Origin: an uncultured Beijerinckiaceae bacterium
GTDB lineage: Bacteria; Pseudomonadota; Alphaproteobacteria; Rhizobiales; Beijerinckiaceae
DNA: 37,772 bases
NCBI GenBank assembly: GCA_937873345.1
Contig: CALMRL010000304.1
Span: 1 to 37,772, forward strand
Direction of reading: 5' to 3'
Under the pieces are notes generated by a model that did no database searches, was not told where the DNA came from, and was given only the letters and a program-made list of their open reading frames with translations. The position numbers and the translations under genes are program-made. Below are positions 23,126 through 37,772 of this stretch, in pieces; the first letter of the stretch is position 1; each line of letters begins with the position of its first letter.

Positions 23126-23785
23126 TCACTCGCCGTAGGAGCAATGGCACGTGCGGCTCAGGCGGCGATACACGGTCCTCGGAACCTGCTCGGTGCGCAC
23201 GACGGTGCGGTAGCGCATCACCGGCACCTCGACACGGGTGCGGATCGGACGCAGCGTCGTCACGGGCACCAGGCGCGTACGCTCGATCGTCCGGGTACCG
23301 CGCACCGGCACGGTGAACACCCGCGTCACCGGACGGAACACCGTGCGTCGAACCAGGATCGAGCGCGAAGCATAGCCCGGCGCGTAGCCGACCTCGACGG
23401 GCTGCGGGCCGTAGTTGCCGGCGGGATAGGCACCCTCGCGGTAACCAGCCCCGTAGCCTCCCAAGCCTGCAAGCCCAAGACCGGCCCCGAGTAGGCCAGT
23501 CCCGGTCCCGAGCGCACCTGCCGCCAGGCCGGTACCCAAGCCCATCTCGGGTCCGGCAGCTCCATATCCGCCATCATAGCCGCCGCCGTAACCCGGAGCA
23601 TATCCGCCGACGCCGTAACCCAAGCCTGTGCTGTAGCCGCCAAGCCCGCCGCGGCCGGGACCATTGTAACCCTCCCCGCCGTAGCCGCCGTAGCCCGGCC
23701 CATAATAGCCGCCGGCGGTGGCCGGTGCAGCGAGGACTGAGGCCCCGAGCAGCGCTGCGGCGACCCGCATCGAAATGAAACGCAT
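23126..23785 (-). CDS. Hypothetical secreted Gly/Tyr-rich protein with C-terminal 14-aa VP/Arg/Thr repeats and a CxC motif (219 aa)
   Basis: GGGAG RBS before ATG 23785, a Sec-type signal peptide (MRFISMRVAAALLGASVLAAPATA), strongly non-random domain organisation and flanking terminator/hairpin. Confidence 0.8.
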   Translation of the reverse strand: MRFISMRVAAALLGASVLAAPATAGGYYGPGYGGYGGEGYNGPGRGGLGGYSTGLGYGVGGYAPGYGGGYDGGYGAAGPEMGLGTGLAAGALGTGTGLLGAGLGLAGLGGYGAGYREGAYPAGNYGPQPVEVGYAPGYASRSILVRRTVFRPVTRVFTVPVRGTRTIERTRLVPVTTLRPIRTRVEVPVMRYRTVVRTEQVPRTVYRRLSRTCHCSYGE

Positions 23786-23922
23786 GTGAACTGACTCCCG
23801 GAGGATTGAACGACGGCCGCGCACCCCGCGCAGCACGCTTCGTCCCGGATCGGGACGCGAGCGCGCGGCCTGACGAAGAGGCTGCAAGCGGTGGTCCGGG
23901 CGTGCATGCGCCATCCCCGAAC

Positions 23923-23950
23923 GAAAAAGGCCCGCGTCGCCGTGGACCCT
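23923..23950 (-). terminator. Probable intrinsic terminator of rpoBC
   Basis: Minus strand AGGGTCCACG-GCGA-CGCGGGCCTTTTT: an imperfect GC stem with a GNRA loop and U-tract, about 30 nt after the rpoC stop. Confidence 0.65.
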
Positions 23951-23977
23951 CCCTGATCGTATGTTTGGCAGTCGCGG

Positions 23978-28219
<4,242 letters not shown>

Positions 28220-28282
28220 CGAATTCTCCGGTTGCGCGCTTCGCTCCCCGCGGGCGGGCGGGGTGGAGCGCTCATCTGTTTA

Positions 28283-28308
28283 TCAAAACGGCACGTTTCA
28301 AAACGGCA
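28283..28308. repeat. 11-bp direct repeat TCAAAACGGCA x2 in the rpoB-rpoC spacer
   Basis: Copies at 28283-28293 and 28298-28308 (15-bp period). Confidence 0.7.
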
Positions 28309-28351
28309 TCGTGCCGCGCGAAAAGGTGTCTCGCGCGGCCTGCTGGAAAGG

Positions 28352-32527
<4,176 letters not shown>

Positions 32528-32726
32528 GCATGCTCCTCACTGATGTACGAGCGGCGATCCCGGACCGGGTGCCGCGCGCCCCCTCCACGGGGACGCGGAA
32601 CGCGGCATCGAAGCTCCTCGGATGAGGACGTCTTCGACGAGTCCACCCGGGCACTTGTCGGCGTCCGGGTGAAAGCCGCCGCGTCATGACGCAGCGACAG
32701 CAGGCGCCGCGCAGGCGCCCGCGGTG

Positions 32727-33107
32727 TTACTTGACCTCGACTTTGGCGCCGGCCTTCTCGAGCTGCGCCTTGAGCTTGGCGGCGTCGTCCTTCGAGACGG
32801 CTTCCTTGACGGGCTTCGGCGCCGCCTCGACGAGATCCTTGGCCTCCTTGAGGCCGAGGCCGGTGATGGCGCGGACCTCCTTGATCACCTCGATCTTCTT
32901 GTCGCCGATGGCGGCCAGGATCACGGTAAACTCGGTCTGCTCTTCGACCGGAGCGGCGGCAGCGCCACCGGCGGCCGGACCAGCCGCCACGGCGACAGCC
33001 GCGGCGGCCGAGACGCCCCATTTCTCTTCGAGCATCTTGGCGAGGTCGGCGGCTTCCAGCACGGTCAGGCTGGACAGGTCTTCAACGATCTTTTCGAGAT
33101 TGGCCAC
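32727..33107 (-). CDS. rplL: 50S ribosomal protein L7/L12
   Basis: [10 protein letters not shown] and [20 protein letters not shown]; GTG start. Confidence 0.98.
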   Translation of the reverse strand: MANLEKIVEDLSSLTVLEAADLAKMLEEKWGVSAAAAVAVAAGPAAGGAAAAPVEEQTEFTVILAAIGDKKIEVIKEVRAITGLGLKEAKDLVEAAPKPVKEAVSKDDAAKLKAQLEKAGAKVEVK

Positions 33108-33169
33108 GGGTACTGGTCCTTCAGGTTCGGTTCGATGTCGTGTCGTTCAAGCAAGGCCGACGATGGCGC

Positions 33170-33694
33170 TCAGGCCGCCTCTGCCTTGTCCTTCTCCGCA
33201 TAGGCGTTGAGGACGCGGGCGAGTTTGGCAGCGGGCGCGGTGGTGAGCTGCGCCAGCTTGGTGGCGGGCGCCTGGACGAGGCCGACGATCTTCGCGCGAA
33301 GTTCGTCGAGGCTCGGCATGGTCGCCAGCGCACGCACGGAGTTGGGATCGAGTGCAGTCGTACCCATCGCGCCGCCGAGGATCACGAGCTTGTCGTTGTC
33401 CTTGGCGAAGGCGACCGCGGCCTTGGGGGCCGCGACCGGATCGCTGGAGTAGGCGATCAGGGTCTGGCCGGTCATCAGACCGGCGAGCGACGCGCTCGGC
33501 GTGCCATCGAGAGCAATCTTGACGAGACGGTTCTTGGCGACCTGAACCTTGGCGCCAGCCTCGCGCATCTGCTTGCGCAGGCGCTGCATCTGGGCAACGG
33601 TCAGGCCGGCGTAGTGGGCCACCACCACCACCGACGAGGTCGTGAAGACCTCGTTGAGGGCGGCGACAGCCTCCTTCTTCTCCGCTCTGTCCAC
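33170..33694 (-). CDS. rplJ: 50S ribosomal protein L10
   Basis: [15 protein letters not shown] and [12 protein letters not shown]; GTG start with GGAG RBS. Confidence 0.98.
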   Translation of the reverse strand: MDRAEKKEAVAALNEVFTTSSVVVVAHYAGLTVAQMQRLRKQMREAGAKVQVAKNRLVKIALDGTPSASLAGLMTGQTLIAYSSDPVAAPKAAVAFAKDNDKLVILGGAMGTTALDPNSVRALATMPSLDELRAKIVGLVQAPATKLAQLTTAPAAKLARVLNAYAEKDKAEAA

Positions 33695-33891
33695 AGTGCG
33701 TCTCCTGGAGAGCTACACTCCCCTTGAGCGGACCCGGGAAAGGCCCGCCGGTTTGCTGAAGCCACCCGAAGCTTGGCTGCCCCCGGTGGAACGCTACCTG
33801 TCCCCGGCCCGGCGAACCGCCGTCCCGGCAGAGGGATCGAACCAAATGCGGGGGCCGGACGCCTTGCGGCGGCGACCCCCAATCGGACCTT

Positions 33892-33998
33892 CCCCGTCTA
33901 TGCTGGCTTCCCGTGGCAGAGGCCGCTACCGGCACCTGCGATGGGCAATTAAGGATGCGCGCAGGACCCCTGCCGCATCCACCCGCAGTCTAGGACAG
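33892..33998 (-). promoter_or_regulatory. L10 leader (rplJL autoregulatory RNA element)
   Basis: Minus strand CTGTCCTAGACTGCGGGTG...TTAA...CCAGCATAGACGG resembles the AGAC..GG / TTAA / CC..AGACGG architecture of L10(L12)-binding leaders. Internal GGATGCG/CGCATCC hairpin. Lies upstream of rplJ. Confidence 0.7.
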
Positions 33999-34186
33999 GA
34001 CATGGCCGGTCGGGATTAGGACGACTGTCCTCATCCGCCGGCCACTACGTCCCGCTACGCCGGCCTTCGATACGGTAGAAACGTGAGGGACACACCCTCC
34101 GTGATCGCACCGCGCCGAATGCTGAAACGCAACGAGAAATCTCATGTGAGTTTATCGGGACGGCCCTTGGCCACGCCCGAAAGGCA

Positions 34187-34215
34187 TAACTAGCCGTAAA
34201 AAAAGCTCTTGCCAA
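34187..34215 (-). promoter_or_regulatory. Candidate sigma70 promoter for rplJL-rpoBC
   Basis: Minus strand TTGGCA-17 nt-TAGTTA in a locally AT-rich patch downstream of rplA. Confidence 0.5.
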
Positions 34216-34278
34216 GAGCTGATTTTTCGTCTCGGCCTTTGTCCGACCGTCCCCTGGGGAGAAATAGCCGAAGACGGG

Positions 34279-34986
34279 TCAGGCGGACGAGCCGGTCGCG
34301 ACCGTCGAGGGATCGACCTTCACGCCGGGCCCCATCGTCGAGGAGATGGCGACACGCTGGATGTAGGTGCCTTTGGCTCCGGCCGGCTTGGCGCGCGCGA
34401 CGGCGTCGACGAAGGCGGCGATGTTCTCGACGAGCTTGCCCTCTTCGAACGACACTTTGCCGACGCTGCCCTGGATGATGCCCGCCTTCTCGACGCGGAA
34501 CTCAACGGCGCCGCCCTTGGAGGCGGCGACAGCGCCCTTCACGTCCATCGTGACCGTGCCGACCTTGGGGTTCGGCATCAGGCCGCGCGGACCGAGCACC
34601 TTGCCGAGGCGGCCGACGAGCGGCATCATGTCTGGCGTGGCCACGCAGCGATCGAAGTCGATCGTTCCGCCCTGCACGCTCTGCACGAGGTCCTCGGCGC
34701 CGACGATGTCGGCCCCTGCGGCGCGGGCCTCATCGGCCTTGGCACCGCGAGCGAAGACGGCGACGCGCAGCGTGCGGCCGGTGCCGTTTGGCAGGTTGAC
34801 CACGCCGCGCACCATCTGGTCGGCGTGCTTGGGATCGACGCCGAGGTTCATCGCGATCTCGATCGTCTCGTCGAACTTCGCGGTCGCCCGCTCCTTCACG
34901 AGCTTCACTGCCTCGCCGATGGCGTAGAGCTTGATGCGGTCGATGCCTTCGCGCGACTTGGCGATGCGCTTGCCGATGTGTGCCAT
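34279..34986 (-). CDS. rplA: 50S ribosomal protein L1
   Basis: [23 protein letters not shown] and SSTMGPG. Confidence 0.99.
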   Translation of the reverse strand: MAHIGKRIAKSREGIDRIKLYAIGEAVKLVKERATAKFDETIEIAMNLGVDPKHADQMVRGVVNLPNGTGRTLRVAVFARGAKADEARAAGADIVGAEDLVQSVQGGTIDFDRCVATPDMMPLVGRLGKVLGPRGLMPNPKVGTVTMDVKGAVAASKGGAVEFRVEKAGIIQGSVGKVSFEEGKLVENIAAFVDAVARAKPAGAKGTYIQRVAISSTMGPGVKVDPSTVATGSSA

Positions 34987-34987
34987 G

Positions 34988-35419
34988 TTACGCCACCACC
35001 TCGAGACCCATGGAGCGGGCGGAGCCCTCGATCATCGCGCTCGCCGCCTCGACGGTGGCGCAGTTGAGATCCGGCATCTTCTTCTGCGCGATTTCGGCGA
35101 TCTGCGCCTTGGTGATCTTGCCGACGAACTGCCCCTTGCCAACGGTCGCCGAGCCCGACTTCACGCCCGACGCCTGCTTGAGGAAATAGGTGACCGGCGG
35201 CTGCTTCATCTCGAAGGTGAAGGAGCGGTCCTGGTAGGCGGTGATGACGACGGGGATCGGTGTCCCCTTCTCCATCTGCTGCGTGCGCGCGTTGAACGCC
35301 TTGCAGAACTCCATGATGTTCAGGCCGCGCTGGCCAAGCGCGGGACCGATCGGCGGCGAGGGGTTCGCCGATCCCGCCGGCACCTGCAACTTGATGTATC
35401 CCGTGACTTTCTTCGCCAT
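34988..35419 (-). CDS. rplK: 50S ribosomal protein L11
   Basis: [13 protein letters not shown] and GSARSMG. Confidence 0.99.
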   Translation of the reverse strand: MAKKVTGYIKLQVPAGSANPSPPIGPALGQRGLNIMEFCKAFNARTQQMEKGTPIPVVITAYQDRSFTFEMKQPPVTYFLKQASGVKSGSATVGKGQFVGKITKAQIAEIAQKKMPDLNCATVEAASAMIEGSARSMGLEVVA

Positions 35420-35436
35420 ATCCTACCTCTGCGAAA

Positions 35437-35465
35437 CGTGGTGCGACGCCGGCTCGCCTGCCACG
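35437..35465 (-). promoter_or_regulatory. Putative L1-binding autoregulatory hairpin in the rplK leader
   Basis: Minus strand CGTGG-CAG-GCGA...TCGC-A-CCACG: a stem with an asymmetric internal loop 18 nt before the rplK ATG, the usual position of the L1 operator. Confidence 0.45.
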
Positions 35466-35528
35466 GTTGAGGACCTGAGGCCCTTTGGACCCGCCGCGAG
35501 CGACGGGCGCCGGTGCTGAGAACGGTCG

Positions 35529-36062
35529 CTAGACCACCTTCTCGACCTGGGTGTACTCGAGCTCGACGGGCGTGGCGCGGCCGAAGATCGACACCGCCAC
35601 CTTGACCCGCGAGCGGCTTTCGTCGACCTCCTCGATCGTGCCGTTGAACGAGGCGAACGGGCCGTCGGCGACGCGGACGTTCTCGCCGATCTCGAAGGTG
35701 ATCGTCGCCTTCGGCCGCTCGACGCCGTCCGCCACCTGCCCCTTGATGCGCTCCGCCTCGTGGTCGGGGATCGGCACCGGCTTCTTGTCGGCGCCGAGGA
35801 AGCCCGTCACCTTCGGGGTGTTGCGGATCAGGTGGTAGAGGTCGTCCGACAGGTCGCACTTCACCAGGATGTAGCCAGGGAAGAACTTGCGCTCGGTCGA
35901 GACCTTGCGGCCCTTGCGGACCTCGGTGACATTCTCCGTCGGCACGAAGATGTCGTCGAACTTCTCCTCCAACCCGCGTTGCTGCGCCTGCTCGCGGATC
36001 GAGGCGGCGACCTTCTTCTCGAAGTTCGAATGGGCGTGGACGATGTACCAGCGCTTGTTCAT
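35529..36062 (-). CDS. nusG: Transcription termination/antitermination factor NusG
   Basis: WYIVH, KFFPGYILV, DGPFASF and SIFGRATPVEL. Confidence 0.98.
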   Translation of the reverse strand: MNKRWYIVHAHSNFEKKVAASIREQAQQRGLEEKFDDIFVPTENVTEVRKGRKVSTERKFFPGYILVKCDLSDDLYHLIRNTPKVTGFLGADKKPVPIPDHEAERIKGQVADGVERPKATITFEIGENVRVADGPFASFNGTIEEVDESRSRVKVAVSIFGRATPVELEYTQVEKVV

Positions 36063-36101
36063 GGGTGCGTCACAGGTGGGCAGGTGTCACGGGAGAAGCG
36101 G

Positions 36102-36293
36102 TCAGCCGGAGAAGCCGAGGATGAAATTGATGGCGAGGTGGATGACCTGATCCGTCACAGCGAGGAACAGGCTGGCGAGGATGCACATCAGCACGACCAG
36201 CACGGTGGTGATCGCCGTCTCCCGCCGGTTCGGCCAAGTGACCTTGTTCACCTCTGAGCGGACGTCCTGCAGGAAGGCGAGTGGATTGGCCAT
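36102..36293 (-). CDS. secE: Preprotein translocase subunit SecE
   Basis: MANPLAFLQDVRSEVNKVTWPNRRET plus one TM helix; start at ATG 36293. Confidence 0.95.
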   Translation of the reverse strand: MANPLAFLQDVRSEVNKVTWPNRRETAITTVLVVLMCILASLFLAVTDQVIHLAINFILGFSG

Positions 36294-36364
36294 GTCCCGA
36301 TCAGTCCCGGAGCCAACAAGCACCACCGCCACGGAGCATGGCCGGCGGAGCCGTCGGGGCTTCG

Positions 36365-36406
36365 CGAAAAGCAAGGTGGCGCGGGCCTGGAATGGTCCGC
36401 GCCACC
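36365..36406 (-). terminator. Terminator-like 13-bp hairpin upstream of secE
   Basis: Minus strand GGTGGCGCGGACC-ATTCCA-GGCCCGCGCCACC (one mismatch) followed by TTGCTTTT. Confidence 0.5.
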
Positions 36407-36479
36407 GCATTCGGTCTAATTCGTTCCACGCCGCCGCGCAAGCCTCGTCGTCGAGGACCTCGGAGGGCAATAGACGCGA

Positions 36480-36698
36480 TCAGCTGATCGCCGCCTCCGA
36501 CTCGACCACGGCGTTCGATGCCACGATCAGGCCGACACCCGAGCCGCAGACGGTCGCGGCGGCCATCACCCACATGAAGCGCCCGTAGCCGGCGGCGTCG
36601 CCGAAGCCAAGCACCTGCACCGCCCAGGCTAGGCCAACGCAAACAGTGGCGAAGCCGACGAAGCGCAGAAGATCGCCGGCAGATTTCCCGTTTTCCAT
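36480..36698 (-). CDS. Small hypothetical two-TM membrane protein (72 aa)
   Basis: Two hydrophobic segments (FVGFATVCVGLAWAVQVLGF and FMWVMAAATVCGSGVGLIVA); GAGGGG RBS-like sequence upstream. Confidence 0.55.
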   Translation of the reverse strand: MENGKSAGDLLRFVGFATVCVGLAWAVQVLGFGDAAGYGRFMWVMAAATVCGSGVGLIVASNAVVESEAAIS

Positions 36699-36820
36699 GA
36701 TCGCGCATCCCCTCGCGTTGTTGGAGATAGAACATCGCGGATTGGGAAATCGTTCGTTGCCGAGACGCGCAAGATGCCTCGCGTTGCACGAATATCACAA
36801 ACGCTTCGTTAACGGGCGGC

Positions 36821-37258
36821 TCAGGTCGTGCCGGAGCCGAGCGTCTTCTCCCGCAGGTCCTCTACCCACTACGGTTGAGTCTCGCCGACGGAGCGACAGA
36901 CCGCCTTGCTGCCGCGGAAGGCGATCAGCGTGCTCTGCACCCGCGCGTTGAAGCGGCGCATCACGTCCTTCCGGGTGTCGAAGTCGACCGTGAAGGTCAC
37001 GAGATCCTTGAACTTCGGTTCGGCGCGAAGCTTGCCGAGGATCGGCGCCTGCCGGGCGCAAACCTCGCACCAGGTCGCATAGGTGTCGATGAGGATCGGC
37101 TTGCCCGCCTTCTGCGCGGCGACGAAAGCCTCCTCGCTGAACGGCTGCGGTTCGGGCGCCGCTGCAAGCGCGCGACCCGCCGCGGCGAGGAACGCCCCGC
37201 CTCCGAGGAGCGCGAGAGCGAAGCGGCGGCTCGGCCGCACGGTGGTCAAAATCATCAT
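36821..37258 (-). CDS. Tat-signal thioredoxin-family protein (WCEVC) with an in-frame TAG at 36869-36871
   Basis: SRRFAL twin-arginine signal, YATWCEVC and VDFD...QSTLI. The thioredoxin-like C-terminal helix (WVEDLREKTL) continues past the TAG to TGA at 36821. Confidence 0.8.
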
Positions 37259-37772
37259 TGCGTCGCCTCCTCCGGCAGCGCGGCGACGAAGGCTGCATCG
37301 GGCTTCACGGATCGCGTGTCGTGGTCGGCCTGCCAGCCCTCCACGCCGTCGCGGTACCAATAGACCTGGGTGTACCCGAGCGCGGCCAACCGCCGAGCGG
37401 CGTTGTAGGAGCCCCAGCAGTCGGGATGGCAGAAGGTGACGACCGGCTTCGCCCTGTCGCCGCCGGTCAGCTCTGCGATGCGCGCCTTGAAGTCGGCGGC
37501 GTAAGCGGCATCGTCGGTACCCTTGCCGCCGCCCTGCAGGAACACCGCGCCCGGCAGCGAGCGGTGGGTCGGCAGCCAAGGCGTGTCGGCCCGCATCGTC
37601 GGCGGCTTGCGGTCCTTCTCGGCGACGTCGAGCAGCAGCGGGTGCCGGGCGTCGATCAGCCTGGCGAGCCCGGCGGTGTCGACCACCGTGCCGCCCGCCA
37701 CCGTATTCGGCGTGTAGCCGTGCATCGCCCCCTGTAGAGGCCGGCCGGCTCCGGCACGTGGCCAGGCTCGAC
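37255..37772 (-). CDS. Rhodanese-domain protein of the PQQ-catabolism-associated CxxCW type; 5' end outside the window, probable frameshift near 37730
   Basis: TFCHPDCWGSYNAARR...GYTQVYWYRDGVEGW; ATGA overlap with the thioredoxin gene. Confidence 0.8.
   Translation of the reverse strand, partial: RAWPRAGAGRPLQGAMHGYTPNTVAGGTVVDTAGLARLIDARHPLLLDVAEKDRKPPTMRADTPWLPTHRSLPGAVFLQGGGKGTDDAAYAADFKARIAELTGGDRAKPVVTFCHPDCWGSYNAARRLAALGYTQVYWYRDGVEGWQADHDTRSVKPDAAFVAALPEEATQ

Noticed and set aside
32642-32674. rplL-rpoB attenuator-like hairpin (CACCCGG/CCGGGTG)
   Set aside because: The stem is real but has no U-tract on the transcribed strand, so it cannot be called a terminator or attenuator from sequence alone.
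36799-36813. CtrA box near TTAAC upstream of the small membrane ORF
   Set aside because: Only one good half-site (TTAA-N7-TTTG), which is insufficient.
36869-36871. Pyrrolysine or genome-wide TAG recoding
   Set aside because: TAG terminates many conserved genes here at their expected ends (e.g. tuf, fusA, rpoB, rpoC, nusG), and no pyl genes are seen.

Overview
GC-rich alphaproteobacterial chromosome segment. Protein sequences and gene order suggest Hyphomicrobiales/Rhizobiales, which is an inference. About 30 kb (6348-36293, minus strand) is the core transcription/translation supercluster: secE-nusG-rplKAJL-rpoBC, then rpsLG-fusA-tuf, the S10 operon and the spc operon, ending at secY-adk. 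The left flank (plus strand) carries an M16 peptidase (partial), a RimJ-type acetyltransferase, a 7TM-PAS-GGDEF-EAL protein with degenerate motifs, a CoA-binding protein, a small ORFan and tyrS. The right flank carries a small membrane ORF, a Tat-signal thioredoxin with an in-frame amber codon and a CxxCW rhodanese. Five things stand out. (1) A non-ribosomal gene sits between rpoC and rpsL and encodes a secreted Gly/Tyr-rich protein ending in five 14-residue VP/Arg/Thr repeats and a CxC motif; it is the best candidate for something undescribed. (2) A 17-codon, length-preserving, AT-rich rewrite affects a near-invariant helix of EF-Tu, most likely an assembly artefact. (3) Ribosomal protein L5 has an in-frame N-terminal insertion of about 46 aa, and other r-proteins and RNAP subunits carry shorter extensions. 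(4) The alpha operon does not follow adk. (5) No tuf or tRNA-Trp lies directly upstream of secE. I saw no tRNA, rRNA, CRISPR array or mobile element.
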